DNA from: a virus
Lineage: Duplodnaviria; Caudoviricetes
IMG/VR virus record: IMGVR_UViG_3300025000_000115
Location: 1-58,553 of that record
Strand: one strand, 5' to 3'
DNA: 58,553 bases
Under the pieces are notes generated by a model that was given only the letters and a program-made list of their open reading frames with translations, did no database searches and was not told where the DNA came from. Both the position numbers and the translations under genes were made by a program. Below, in pieces: positions 37,074-47,461 of the stretch (position 1 is the first letter of the stretch; every line of letters begins with the position of its first letter).

Positions 37074-37253
37074 TTACGGCATTGCTGATATCGGGACCGT
37101 GTTACCATCCGCCTGAATCGGCATGGTGTCAACGGTCTTGTCCAGCACGATGTTGATAGTCAAGTCGCCTGTGCCGCATTTAAAAACTTCTACTGGTACG
37201 GTCATGCAGCCGCCAAACATTGTGAGCATTAAAACAAGCATTAAGTATTTCAT
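37074..37253 (-). CDS. 59-aa predicted lipoprotein
   Basis: Hand translation MKYLMLVLMLTMFGG-C; AAGGAGG RBS. Confidence 0.65.
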   Translation of the reverse strand: MKYLMLVLMLTMFGGCMTVPVEVFKCGTGDLTINIVLDKTVDTMPIQADGNTVPISAMP

Positions 37254-37263
37254 GGTGCCTCCT

Positions 37264-37629
37264 TCAGTAGTTGCTGCCTACTCCAAGCCACGCGCCTATC
37301 CTGACTCCGATATATCCGATTTGCTTTGTAATCCACCAGCTCGTTGTTCCAACGTCCTCCCTGAATTGTTCATCTGCGAACTTTCTTTCTTCATCGTTCC
37401 GGGCTTTCCCGCAACGGTAATCATGCAGGCAACTTGCTATCGGATGGTTGTGGCGCGGGAAGATTGGGCGCACTAAAAACGGTGTCGAGTTGCCATCCCA
37501 CTCGAAATCAACAGGGACTATATCTATTGAACCGTCGGGCATGAGGCATGGCATAGGATAGTCGAGAGCGCGGCCGTCATCGGTGCCGGGGATATTTCTC
37601 ATATGGATTATTTGCCCTGTCGTCATCAC
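37264..37629 (-). CDS. DUF1353-like protein
   Basis: VPVDFEWDGNSTP, ASCLHDY, ADEQF, YIGVRIG. Confidence 0.75.
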   Translation of the reverse strand: MMTTGQIIHMRNIPGTDDGRALDYPMPCLMPDGSIDIVPVDFEWDGNSTPFLVRPIFPRHNHPIASCLHDYRCGKARNDEERKFADEQFREDVGTTSWWITKQIGYIGVRIGAWLGVGSNY

Positions 37630-39185
37630 CTACACCCACGCGGCCACGGATAACTCGCGCAGCCGGTCGTATGGTTGCCAGCTGCGTCACTGGCATCCCA
37701 GCAGGCTGTTTGCCCTGGGTAGACGGTGAACGGGGCTGCGTAGGTTAAGGCAGGCGTGCAGGTTGTTGCACCTGTGCAATAAAACTGACTGGCAATCCCT
37801 ACGTTGTCGGATGCTGTGAGAGTCAGGGCGAATTTTGCGCTGATTGCGGTGCCGGATGATTTGGAGGATGAGACAGATGGGCCTGTGGTGTCTGGCTGAC
37901 CGTTGTCGATTGTGATGGGGTCACTTGCCGCTGATACTGTGCCAGCACCGTCAATAACATAGATATATGCTGTCGAGCCGTTGACAAACGAACCGGCATT
38001 ATACGTGCTGGTGACGGCACCATCAGCCCAAGCGGTTGCTGGTTGTATTTCACAATGCGTCCTATTTGCCCATGTTGCGTTATCACAAATTACAACCCTC
38101 GCCCAAGAGTTATCAATGTAAATATCCCCATATTGAAGATTTGTGGAAATTTCATAGCCATACGGGGCAGCTTCCCAGTAAGTTCCGGTTGTAGGAGTTT
38201 GTGCCGGATCGTGGGTTAAAATGCATCTGTAATAAGTCCCACCGTATGAAACTGTATACCCTGATAAGTAACCACCCGCTTTATCTGCATTGTATGCAGG
38301 GGGTGCCGGTATATTGCCAATGTAATTATGCATATTTACAGCATCGTAATAATCATTCCCTTTCGCATTTGTCGCATTAATAAGTGAAAAGTTAGTTTTG
38401 GTATTAGATACAACAGCCCCGCTAAAATTTAGCCGTGACGATGTAAATGTAATAGAAGCATCGCCAGCCCCTACACTGGAATCCATTTGCCCCTGTATCT
38501 CTATGTTATACCACCCTGCCGACACCATAGGCGTGACAGGTGTTTCCAAATACATACTGGCAATATTAACGGCTGGATAGCCTCTCATATCGACATAGTT
38601 TGTGGCTGTCGAAACTCCACTATGGCGGAAATTCTGAGAGTCCACAAAAACAGATGGGTAATCATCACCGTTAAAACCCCCGTCAACAGGGTTGTCCGTA
38701 AGCAATCGTAATGATTTAATCTGCCAATAGGGTGTACCTACTGAATCAGGGAATCCCACTGGCATTGTCCCAGGATCAAAATAATACCAATAATTAAGAT
38801 AGAATTTCTTTGTGGTTTTAAAGCCTACGTCATTAACAAAAGCCATGCCGCCAGCAATAAACGGATATGTTGGTGAACCGCTGCCAGATGTACTGGCTGT
38901 AAGCGAATTAACGCTTTTACCGTTTGTTACCCTGGGGTTTGCATCGGTAACTGTGAGTGGTTGTAACCCATTTGACCACCAGCCCCCTGTTGCTGTAGAC
39001 ATATCTACGTCAACTATCGAATTGGAAAAATCGTCATACCGTATAGGTGCTGGCGTTGTTTTTGCCCCAAATCCAGTACCAGTTAAGACCAGCGACACGC
39101 CTGATATATTGCTGAACGTGATAGACGGAGCAGCATGAGACATGAGCGGAGTCAATAAAATAAACGCGGTCAATAAATATTTCAT
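37626..39185 (-). CDS. Signal-peptide-bearing carbohydrate-binding protein (lectin-like, CBM5/12-like, Ig-like)
   Basis: MKYLLTAFILLTPLMSHA; GYTVSYGGTYYRCILTH..TPTTGTYW; DTTGPSVS..TASDNVG. Confidence 0.55.
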   Translation of the reverse strand: MKYLLTAFILLTPLMSHAAPSITFSNISGVSLVLTGTGFGAKTTPAPIRYDDFSNSIVDVDMSTATGGWWSNGLQPLTVTDANPRVTNGKSVNSLTASTSGSGSPTYPFIAGGMAFVNDVGFKTTKKFYLNYWYYFDPGTMPVGFPDSVGTPYWQIKSLRLLTDNPVDGGFNGDDYPSVFVDSQNFRHSGVSTATNYVDMRGYPAVNIASMYLETPVTPMVSAGWYNIEIQGQMDSSVGAGDASITFTSSRLNFSGAVVSNTKTNFSLINATNAKGNDYYDAVNMHNYIGNIPAPPAYNADKAGGYLSGYTVSYGGTYYRCILTHDPAQTPTTGTYWEAAPYGYEISTNLQYGDIYIDNSWARVVICDNATWANRTHCEIQPATAWADGAVTSTYNAGSFVNGSTAYIYVIDGAGTVSAASDPITIDNGQPDTTGPSVSSSKSSGTAISAKFALTLTASDNVGIASQFYCTGATTCTPALTYAAPFTVYPGQTACWDASDAAGNHTTGCASYPWPRGCR

Positions 39186-40114
39186 GGAGACACCGCCACA
39201 AAATCGTCGAATCTAGAGTAGGTGCTGTTGCTCCCCTGCCTGATACCTGGATAACCATCTGCAATATTAGTATCGACAACACTATTTGTCTCTACGCCGT
39301 TTTTGTAGGTTTTTATCGTTGTTCCGTTGGCACATATTTTGCCAACGTCATTGTTTGCAAATGCCGTGTCTGCTTCCAATGTAGCGGCAGTACCGTTTAG
39401 ATACCGCACTAATGCGCCCGTTTCCATATTTAGCAGATAAAACGTAGCTGCCGCAGAATCAGACATTCTGACCACCGGCCCTGATGTGCTACCTCTGGAA
39501 TCTAACGCCTTGATTTCCGCACACTGATTTGCCCCATTTGCCCAATCGGAACGGTAGGCCATACCGGGGAACGTATTTTGAACAACTTGATTGCTCAATA
39601 TTTTACTTGTCCCGCCATAACTAGGTTGCACCCAATTTGCGTTGTAATCTGATAGTGCCTGATTTGCACCCGTGAAACTGTCTGTGATACTAATCGTAGC
39701 TGACACCCCCGTCCCACTAACCGCCACCCTCACAGGTGGGAACTGGTCGGAACTAAACAGCACCGCATTGGTAAAAGCCCCTGTCGCAGTTGGGGCGAAT
39801 TCTACTTTTGCGGTCATCGGTGCAGTAGTACCGCTTGACGAGTACACGCGGAAAGGCCCCGCGCTGGACATCTGCGCTTGGATGCCTGTTATCGTTCCTT
39901 TACCTGTGTTCGACACTGAGAACAGTTGTGAAATTGTTGTTCCTGTCGTTCTATTGCCAAAGGCTTTAGAAGTAGGCAATACAGCCATGATTGGGATTTG
40001 ATCTTCTTGTGCGCACTGGTTGCGACCAAAGTCAAACCCGAAATCAAACCCGAAAGCACAGGCCAAACTTGCGCTCATCACCAGCAGTGCCATTATGGTT
40101 AATTTGATCTTCAT
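39182..40114 (-). CDS. Signal-peptide-bearing Ig-like/beta-sandwich protein
   Basis: MKIKLTIMALLVMSASLACA; AFGN..FSVSNTG..VEFAPTATGAF; ATGA start at 40114. Confidence 0.55.
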   Translation of the reverse strand: MKIKLTIMALLVMSASLACAFGFDFGFDFGRNQCAQEDQIPIMAVLPTSKAFGNRTTGTTISQLFSVSNTGKGTITGIQAQMSSAGPFRVYSSSGTTAPMTAKVEFAPTATGAFTNAVLFSSDQFPPVRVAVSGTGVSATISITDSFTGANQALSDYNANWVQPSYGGTSKILSNQVVQNTFPGMAYRSDWANGANQCAEIKALDSRGSTSGPVVRMSDSAAATFYLLNMETGALVRYLNGTAATLEADTAFANNDVGKICANGTTIKTYKNGVETNSVVDTNIADGYPGIRQGSNSTYSRFDDFVAVSP

Positions 40115-40767
40115 CTCGCCCCCTTGATACGGACAACCGGGATGCACGCCTCACCCTGCTGTTTCAACAGCAGCGCCATATCTTTGCGGGAGATGAAGCA
40201 TTCGCCATTGATACCCCATGCAATACCCCATGAGTTATGCAGCCTGTAAAGGTCGGTGCGCACATTCAGCCCGTTGACAAGGGTGCAGTGGTCGCCTTGA
40301 ATCCGACCAGTAGGCCGAATTATTCCGTTCTTGTCGGGGTCTGACATCCCTTCATACCAGTGCACGCCAATGACGGCCGGTCCTTTGTAGCTCACTGCAA
40401 GGGCTAACTCTGGCTCAGAAAAACACCATCGGTACTCTTTGTACCATCCGCGTTCTTGACCGGCTTTCATTGCGGCGAGAACTGAGCTACCATCGTAATC
40501 CTCCCCCGGCCATTCGTCTATCTGCCGGGCGCGGTAGTATACCTGTTTCGCTATGGCATTGGTGATATCAGGGACAACAACAGGTCTTGCAGCCGCCTCC
40601 TGAGATACCGCAAAGCCCGTGCAAGCACCCTCGCTCCCTTGGTCAAGGTTGATGGGGCAGCGCCATGTATACGAGCGGGGAACGGTGGCAGTAATTAGCG
40701 CCCTGATCGGATAATTGCGGCTGCGCTCGTCAAAGCGCGGTATGCGGTCAAAAACTCTTGTTGTCAT
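40111..40767 (-). CDS. Papain-fold (C1-like) cysteine peptidase
   Basis: LDQGSEGACTGF, DHCTLV, LHNSWG (Q/C/H/N catalytic set). Confidence 0.82.
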   Translation of the reverse strand: MTTRVFDRIPRFDERSRNYPIRALITATVPRSYTWRCPINLDQGSEGACTGFAVSQEAAARPVVVPDITNAIAKQVYYRARQIDEWPGEDYDGSSVLAAMKAGQERGWYKEYRWCFSEPELALAVSYKGPAVIGVHWYEGMSDPDKNGIIRPTGRIQGDHCTLVNGLNVRTDLYRLHNSWGIAWGINGECFISRKDMALLLKQQGEACIPVVRIKGAR

Positions 40768-41094
40768 ACGCTCTCTCCCGGCGTGATTTCGTCGTAATTT
40801 TTCTTATGATCTACAAACCATAGCCTGTGCCGCTCTATCAGGTCCAGTGTCGTTCTCATATCACAGTGTAACTCTCCCGGCTTGCAGCGGGTAATCCCGT
40901 GGTCCCGCCGACGGGGGCATATGCCTTCATGACGGCAGTACATTCTTGCAGCCATACTGCTGACAGCCGTACTGCTGACAGGCATCATCCCATGGCTTGA
41001 CCGGGCAGTTCGTCAGCTTGTAGCAGTTGGAATGTATATTGAAATTTAGGCATTTCCTGTGAACCTTCGCGGTCATCGATGCACCTCCCGCAGA

Positions 41095-41550
41095 TTATGC
41101 AGTAGCCGTGGCATTCCATAGTTTAATCTCTTTTTCTCGCCTGTTGATAAGACCCTTGCTGACAACGAGCTTGCCTTTTCTAGTCTCCTTGTTCCACAAC
41201 CTCATGCGAGCTGGTACGGCGGAGTAATCCCCGCTGTTAAGGACCGATAAAGCAGAGCTCCCTTGAAAACCCGCAACACCAATATTAAACGCGAATATCA
41301 CCAGCGCGTCATATTGATTTTGGGTTAGTGGAACTTTTACCCTATTATTGACTGCTGCCTCAAAACGTTCCATGTCGTCCGCCAGGAGGTCTTGCGCCTG
41401 TTCGGTCGTCAACCCCTTGCTGAAATCCTCTCCCGGTTGGACGAGATGACCGACACCAATGCTCAGTTTACCGGCAGAATCATGGTAAGCGGTCAACCTT
41501 ACCTCTTCCCACTCCATCAGCTTCTTCAGCCCGTTCGCGCTCATTCGCAT
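41095..41550 (-). CDS. Endolysin, GH24 lysozyme
   Basis: EEVRLTAYHDSAGKLSIGVGH, QNQYDALVIFAFNIG, GLINRREKE. Confidence 0.93.
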   Translation of the reverse strand: MRMSANGLKKLMEWEEVRLTAYHDSAGKLSIGVGHLVQPGEDFSKGLTTEQAQDLLADDMERFEAAVNNRVKVPLTQNQYDALVIFAFNIGVAGFQGSSALSVLNSGDYSAVPARMRLWNKETRKGKLVVSKGLINRREKEIKLWNATATA

Positions 41551-41559
41551 AAGTCACCC

Positions 41560-43557
41560 CTACAGATTCGCGTCATTAACCCACGTCCCGGGCGTCCCCG
41601 TAACAGTGCAATAGCCACCCTTCGGATTGCCAACTGATGGACTTGCCTGAATCCATCTATCACCAGTGTAATGTTTCCCACCTGCTGGTGCAGCGAGCAG
41701 ATATTCTGTGCTTCGCCATACAACCTCTGATCCACTTGGCCCGGTGTATATGGCATTGTATAGCCGCTTTGCCACGGAATCGTACCAGACACCGCCTACT
41801 GTGCTGACGATAACCTGGTCTATTGGACTGCCCGCTGTTTTAGACCGATGGTTAATGTCAAACACCCCGGTAGTTTGTGCCGTGCCGCTTGTGTAAATAT
41901 CACCTGTAACCGCGCCTGTTATGTTGTTGCCACTTACCATCACATTGCTAAATTGCTGACCGTTAAATTTTATCCCATAATCCATATCGTCAGCAGTACC
42001 GAAATGGCCTGCTATGATGGTATTGCTGCTAACTGTTAAATCGGTGGTAACTCCAACCGTGTTGAGAGATGCCAGAAAAACGCCATTATTGCGACCAGCA
42101 GCAGAAGTAAATCCGCACGAGGATACGATATTGTTATCGATTAAAACCCCGTTATGGTACTTACCTGAAGCCCCCTCAAGCCGTATCCCCTCACCCTTCA
42201 GCCCTGAAATATTGTTACCCTTAATAATCAGTCCGTTTATAGGCGAAGGGTTTATGCCCACTATCTGCCAAGCAAAAGCACCTGTGTAATGGTTCGCTGC
42301 GGTAATAACATTGTCTGATATCGTCCAGTTTGACGAGGTTTCCGTTGACGTATCATAACCGACAGACAAGATACCCCCGCCTGGAGGATACACCCCGGCC
42401 TCTTCATTATCGTAAACGCTGATTCGATTGCCAGAAATAACCAGATCATTTACTGTGTACGCAGATTGCGCCCATATAACCACACCGCGAGTGACAAAGT
42501 TCATGACATTGCCGGTGATGGTAATACCGCTGGACGTCTCCTGGTCGCCAGCAACATTTATTCCATGGCTGTATTTGGCAATGGTGTTGCCAGCACAGGT
42601 TATGTTGCCCCCGTGGATTTCAATAGCTGTAGCTACCTCATCCTGACCGGAGTTCGTAAACTGATTGTTGGTAATCACTAGACCGTTACTATCTGCGTAT
42701 ATTGAAGAATGGTCAGTGACCTCATTTCCAGCTATGCTTTGGCCGCATTCAGAGAAGATGTTGTTCGTGATATTGACGTTAGTAAAACCACCGTCGAACC
42801 ATAAAGAATGGTGCCCCCCAGCGTTTTTAAAAGTCATACCGGAAACATTAATGTTGCTACCGCCAGCACTAGCCCCCATCCTGTTCACGTTGGCGCTGAT
42901 ACCGTAGCCGGTGACAAACAGATTGTTTGCGCCGTTAAAATCGACGGTAAAATTTGAGTAGGTAACGTCGCTAATCGGCTCTGTGTGGTTGTACAGAACG
43001 GCGACCCCTGTTGAAGTCGTGCGTATACCATCACCAACCCTGATGATTGACGACGCACCTTCACCTATTACGGATGCCCCTGATTTGCTCTTGACAAGGT
43101 AGTATGTGCCCTCCTGGATCGAGTCCAGCAGATAAGTACCTGCTGACAGGCGTAAAGTCCCACCACCAGCGACGGCAATAATCGCCTTTGTCATACCAGG
43201 GGCGCAATCTGTTGAGCCATCGGGGAGTGCCCCAAACCATTCGGGCCGCGCTTCTTTCAGGCCGGTGAATTTGGTTGTCGGGTTTATGCTGCCGCCTGTT
43301 TTAACATCTAATGTTCTATCAGAAGGCCACGAATGAACAGTGGCACTACTGATATTTGACTGAATGGCCGTCAACGCCGTTGTAACCACGATGGTTTTAC
43401 CAGCGTTAGCTGGGTCAGTAGCAGCAGCCGAAAGCGTCTGCGTCTGTGGTAACGAGTATGTACCGTTTGGGTTGAATACTAATATGGCGGCAGGAGAAGG
43501 TGAACCACACCCAGTGATTACCAGTACCGACAATAACGCGACAATAAGACGATTCAT
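41560..43557 (-). CDS. Beta-helix tailspike/depolymerase-like protein with N-terminal lipoprotein signal
   Basis: PEWFGALPDGSTDC..GGTLRLSAGTY; many ITNN/ISGN beta-helix repeats; C-terminal CTVTGTPGTW; MNRLIVALLSVLVITG-C. Confidence 0.75.
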   Translation of the reverse strand: MNRLIVALLSVLVITGCGSPSPAAILVFNPNGTYSLPQTQTLSAAATDPANAGKTIVVTTALTAIQSNISSATVHSWPSDRTLDVKTGGSINPTTKFTGLKEARPEWFGALPDGSTDCAPGMTKAIIAVAGGGTLRLSAGTYLLDSIQEGTYYLVKSKSGASVIGEGASSIIRVGDGIRTTSTGVAVLYNHTEPISDVTYSNFTVDFNGANNLFVTGYGISANVNRMGASAGGSNINVSGMTFKNAGGHHSLWFDGGFTNVNITNNIFSECGQSIAGNEVTDHSSIYADSNGLVITNNQFTNSGQDEVATAIEIHGGNITCAGNTIAKYSHGINVAGDQETSSGITITGNVMNFVTRGVVIWAQSAYTVNDLVISGNRISVYDNEEAGVYPPGGGILSVGYDTSTETSSNWTISDNVITAANHYTGAFAWQIVGINPSPINGLIIKGNNISGLKGEGIRLEGASGKYHNGVLIDNNIVSSCGFTSAAGRNNGVFLASLNTVGVTTDLTVSSNTIIAGHFGTADDMDYGIKFNGQQFSNVMVSGNNITGAVTGDIYTSGTAQTTGVFDINHRSKTAGSPIDQVIVSTVGGVWYDSVAKRLYNAIYTGPSGSEVVWRSTEYLLAAPAGGKHYTGDRWIQASPSVGNPKGGYCTVTGTPGTWVNDANL

Positions 43558-43558
43558 T

Positions 43559-43903
43559 TTAATGACCCCCATTGGTTTTAATCCAGCTAATTATTGCTGT
43601 TTTTACCATGTAGACAATACCTGACAGGATACCGGCAACAATACCCGTGATAACCAACCCTGACGCTATTTTTTGAGTGCGGTTGATGTTTTTTGCAACA
43701 TTTGACAAAGTTTCCCGTTCTTCATCAACAAACGGGCAAGTATGAGGTATGTTTGCTACCTTGGCTATTCGATAAATAAGCAGTACGTCGCCTTTAGTCA
43801 GACTATATTCACGTCGCTCATTACCAGCATGATCAGCCGCGTCAGGCAGAGACTCCATTATGTCCCGTAGTTTGTCTACTTCATTTTCCTGGCTGTCGGT
43901 CAT
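43559..43903 (-). CDS. Single-TM membrane protein (holin candidate)
   Basis: IASGLVITGIVAGILSGIVYMV hydrophobic segment; near endolysin. Confidence 0.5.
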   Translation of the reverse strand: MTDSQENEVDKLRDIMESLPDAADHAGNERREYSLTKGDVLLIYRIAKVANIPHTCPFVDEERETLSNVAKNINRTQKIASGLVITGIVAGILSGIVYMVKTAIISWIKTNGGH

Positions 43904-43916
43904 TGGTAGACTCCCA

Positions 43917-44912
43917 TTACTTTGTCGTTATTTGTCTGCTGCCCACAGTATCAGCTTCAGCGTGTATACCAATCTGAGTTATGAAAGTATTATCGGCATA
44001 CTCGGTGCCACCCGTGGCAGCAATACGCTTGACCGCAATCTTTACCTGAGTGCCGATGGTCAGCCCTGTCATATCGACTGATCCTAGATCAAGTTTAAAG
44101 TGATTGAGTGCTGCCGTAGTATCTGGAATGGTTAATTCAGCCGTCACGCTGGTTTCTGTCCATACAGTGTCAATCCCGGCGTATGCAAAATATACGGTGA
44201 ACTTGGCGAACCTATCAGCACCAGACGTGTTCGCAGTCTTGTTGGCAACATGCATGTGAACATGGGCGGCTGTACCTTCCTTCCACCAATGCGCCATTTC
44301 ATTCGCACCAAGGGCAATATGATCGTCCACTGTGAAGGAGTATTCTGAGGTGTTTGTAGTGAATGCTTCCCATGTAGGGAAGTTTGCTGCCGGGACTTTA
44401 CCGGTACTAATCTGAAATTGAATGTCATCCCATACAGTGGCATCACCGTTAAATTTAAGTGTGCCATCCGACTCTATTTCAGTATTGTTACCGGCGTTGT
44501 CACCTATCTGAGCCGTACCGACCATAGTAAACGGTCCGGTGGCTGATGGGGCGTCTACTGGTAGATAGTCTGTATTTGCTGTTGCTGCTGTTACGTCTGT
44601 CCCATCACCTTTAAGAATGCCTGTTGCTGCTGTCTTGTCTTTTGTACTTGCTGGCATTGCATGACGATGATCTTCGCGGGAATATGTGGTGAGTGTGCCT
44701 ACTACAGCAGCGTTACCATACGCTTCATCAGTTACTGTAGTAGCTGCTTGGGGTATCTTATTGTTCACGCTTTCAATATTGGCGTCGTTGGCGCTTATCA
44801 GATTCTGAAACCATATTCGCCACACTGACGAGGTTACAACCGTCTTCAGGTCGCCTTCCACAAGCGGTGCAACTATTGGTGGTGGCTGGATAATCATTAC
44901 GCTTTCTTCCAA
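43917..44912 (-). CDS. Tail-associated fibre/needle-like protein
   Basis: N-terminal WRIWFQNL motif; YSREDHRH and GILKGDGT fibre-type motifs. Confidence 0.55.
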   Translation of the reverse strand: MEESVMIIQPPPIVAPLVEGDLKTVVTSSVWRIWFQNLISANDANIESVNNKIPQAATTVTDEAYGNAAVVGTLTTYSREDHRHAMPASTKDKTAATGILKGDGTDVTAATANTDYLPVDAPSATGPFTMVGTAQIGDNAGNNTEIESDGTLKFNGDATVWDDIQFQISTGKVPAANFPTWEAFTTNTSEYSFTVDDHIALGANEMAHWWKEGTAAHVHMHVANKTANTSGADRFAKFTVYFAYAGIDTVWTETSVTAELTIPDTTAALNHFKLDLGSVDMTGLTIGTQVKIAVKRIAATGGTEYADNTFITQIGIHAEADTVGSRQITTK

Positions 44913-45436
44913 TCGTTGAGTGCTGCGTGAGGTACTAGACGTACCGACTCGTTCTGTGTAGTCAAACTGTAATCTGCCTGACCGAGTATTGTACCAGTGG
45001 TCGGTGTAATCACGACTTCATTGGCACTGGTGTCGGTTTTAATAAACAACATCTCTTCAGCTGCTGGATCGTTTGCAGATAATATCGTTTCGTTCACAGT
45101 GGCGAACGACGCGTCGGCGAACGACGTGCTACTTGTGCCGCTACCAGACCCACCGACGTTATCCTGAGACTCCACCAGCACGCCTGCCGCGTCGTAAATG
45201 GCAATGCTGTAACCGGCATCCAGCCAGATAGACGCCTTACCACTGCCGTCGAGTATAACCGGATTGGTGTTTGCCACGGTGCCGGTGCTGTCGGTGTATG
45301 TCGCTTTGGGGTATGACTGTCCTGGACCGGCAACAGTTCCTGGCTGAGCTGTATAGACTTTACCGCCGACAAGCGGTGCACCTGTGGGGTTGAAGACGGA
45401 GAAATTAATCATCGGTGCGAGGAAGAGGATGGGCAT
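44897..45436 (-). CDS. Stand-alone tailspike head-binding-domain-like adaptor
   Basis: GAPLVGGKVYT..GT..PKATYTDSTGTVANTNPVILDGSG. Confidence 0.65.
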   Translation of the reverse strand: MPILFLAPMINFSVFNPTGAPLVGGKVYTAQPGTVAGPGQSYPKATYTDSTGTVANTNPVILDGSGKASIWLDAGYSIAIYDAAGVLVESQDNVGGSGSGTSSTSFADASFATVNETILSANDPAAEEMLFIKTDTSANEVVITPTTGTILGQADYSLTTQNESVRLVPHAALNDWKKA

Positions 45437-45437
45437 G

Positions 45438-45809
45438 TCAGACTCCTATCGGCGTGTGCGAATAGACTTCAGCGAACGAACGACCGTCTTGCTGTGCAAT
45501 CAGGTATTCGACAGCCATTGACAGCAGATGTTCGGCGTGGTATGGGGCGTCAGGCAGTAAGCCGGGGTCTGGATGATCAGCGTGGTCAAGGTCGAACTGG
45601 TCTATGTCAGCGAACGGCACGCCGCGTTCAGCACAGCGCCATGCTTCGAGTAGTTCGTGGATTGCTATATTGCGGGCGTCACGAGGATCGGCAAATTCTG
45701 ACACGCGGATTTGCAGGGAGCCATTGGGGTCTATAAAATAATCGCCATATTGCGACTGGTCGCGCATATCGCCGTGTGGAATAATCTGTATGTTGATGCG
45801 AGTGAACAC
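45438..45809 (-). CDS. HEXXH-like putative metalloprotein
   Basis: AIHELLE motif (HExxE) with distal DAPYHAEH. Confidence 0.5.
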   Translation of the reverse strand: MFTRINIQIIPHGDMRDQSQYGDYFIDPNGSLQIRVSEFADPRDARNIAIHELLEAWRCAERGVPFADIDQFDLDHADHPDPGLLPDAPYHAEHLLSMAVEYLIAQQDGRSFAEVYSHTPIGV

Positions 45810-47461
45810 TAGAACTCTATCCCGATTTTACTCATGGCGTCGATTCCTTTAGTCGCTTTCTCCATCACATCGCCTTCGTACTTAACGTCCTCACCTTGTA
45901 CCATCTCGGCGTACTTAACGGCCATCTCACAGGCTTCTTCAGCAGTCTTACCGAATCCGATAGCACCGCCGAAAAATCCGCCGTTTCCGTTTGGCACTAT
46001 ATAGTATTTTCCGTCTTTAATGCAATGGTTTTTCAGCCGAATATATCGTGCCGCTTCAGCAGGAAATTCAATCGGCAACCAGTGATCATCTTCCAACCAA
46101 CCGCTTGTCAGAATTATCTCGGCGCAATACGTGTGATGCGGTGTGAGTACCGGCATTCTGCCATTTGCCAAGTCCCATAACGCCTGTGCATAGCAGTGCA
46201 TCTCATAAACCTCCACCATCAGCTCACCGGGTGGGCTAGGAACTCGCATTGTCGGGTCGATGTAATGACCCTCCGTCTTATTGACGCACCGCACCTCAGT
46301 CGAATAGTGGCCTGCCAGACCGAGTTTTGCCAGTATCGGTTCCATCGCTTCGTTCACATGTTGGAGGATTTCGGGCTGTACGGGAAACACCTTACCGAGA
46401 TATCCGGCATCCTTCATCTCTAAGCCACAGAGTGAATTATCAGGCACCTTACCGGCAAGACTCAGGGTATCAGTTCCTATCTCTCCTACCGAGTCAATAC
46501 GATGCTGCACAATGAATACCTGCGAATCGGTATGTCGTCCTAATCTGCATTCCAAGTCGTGCAACCAGACTGACGACAGGAAGCTACCGAGCCATTTTTT
46601 CGTTTCCATCAGACCACGATGATGGGATATTTTAATAAAACACTCGCCAGACGGCTTGTCTGCGAGGTATTTACTCAGTGCCTTGGTGCCGACCAGTCGT
46701 TCAGTCTTGGCGACCGGCAGACCAGCAGCTTTCAGTTCCTGCTGGAAGAACCACTTATCCAGCTCCAAACGGTCGGCATCACCTGACCCGCAGACTTTAA
46801 AGCCGTCAGCACGAAGCTGTGACTGCATACCGCTGAAACCGACATCAGGGAAGAAGAATAAGGTTTTAAGCGGGTCGGGTTTATCGTCCAGAAACTGTTT
46901 GAACGTCGCTCTACCTTCGTCCTCCACGCTCCATGAACTATAAATCCGTTCGACGCCGGGTAGTCCGGTACCGATACAGTCGCGGTCAGTATTCGGGTAT
47001 GCTTCGATATTCGGCACGAGTAGCAGAACACGCTCAAACGATTCGGTTAGCTTCTCGGCTATGGATATATTCAACCCATGATCGATCATCACAAGAGTAA
47101 TCTGACTGAGTGGCGTTTCCTCGGTGACGTCCTGTGGCGTGAGTCCCTGCTTTCGTTCCTCCGCCGTTATACGCATAACAATACCCTTTGCAGCCGCGTA
47201 GATATGCGAGTGCAGACCTTCAGCAGGAACCTTACGATGAACTTTCGCGTAAATGTCAGGTTCAAACCGTCTGAGCCACGACATCGCCTGGGAGCGGGAC
47301 AACCACATGCGCTCGTTGTCGGATGGTATAAAGCCGTGAGCGTTATCATTACGGACGTGTAGGCCGTGACGAGTCTTGATATGGTCGTGGTTTTCGTCGA
47401 TAGCCCCAGGATAAATTCGAGTACCTACTCGAACCGCTGGTTTAAGGTGTGCTGCTGGCAT
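45809..47461 (-). CDS. PurD-like ATP-grasp ligase with basic N-terminal extension
   Basis: GSGDADRLELDK..LKAAGLPV, FIKIS, FIVQHRID..EIG, YIDPTMRVPSP. Confidence 0.7.
   Translation of the reverse strand: MPAAHLKPAVRVGTRIYPGAIDENHDHIKTRHGLHVRNDNAHGFIPSDNERMWLSRSQAMSWLRRFEPDIYAKVHRKVPAEGLHSHIYAAAKGIVMRITAEERKQGLTPQDVTEETPLSQITLVMIDHGLNISIAEKLTESFERVLLLVPNIEAYPNTDRDCIGTGLPGVERIYSSWSVEDEGRATFKQFLDDKPDPLKTLFFFPDVGFSGMQSQLRADGFKVCGSGDADRLELDKWFFQQELKAAGLPVAKTERLVGTKALSKYLADKPSGECFIKISHHRGLMETKKWLGSFLSSVWLHDLECRLGRHTDSQVFIVQHRIDSVGEIGTDTLSLAGKVPDNSLCGLEMKDAGYLGKVFPVQPEILQHVNEAMEPILAKLGLAGHYSTEVRCVNKTEGHYIDPTMRVPSPPGELMVEVYEMHCYAQALWDLANGRMPVLTPHHTYCAEIILTSGWLEDDHWLPIEFPAEAARYIRLKNHCIKDGKYYIVPNGNGGFFGGAIGFGKTAEEACEMAVKYAEMVQGEDVKYEGDVMEKATKGIDAMSKIGIEF

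Noticed and set aside
37626-43557. Diversity-generating retroelement targeting tail genes
   Set aside because: No reverse transcriptase motifs and no template/variable repeat pair seen
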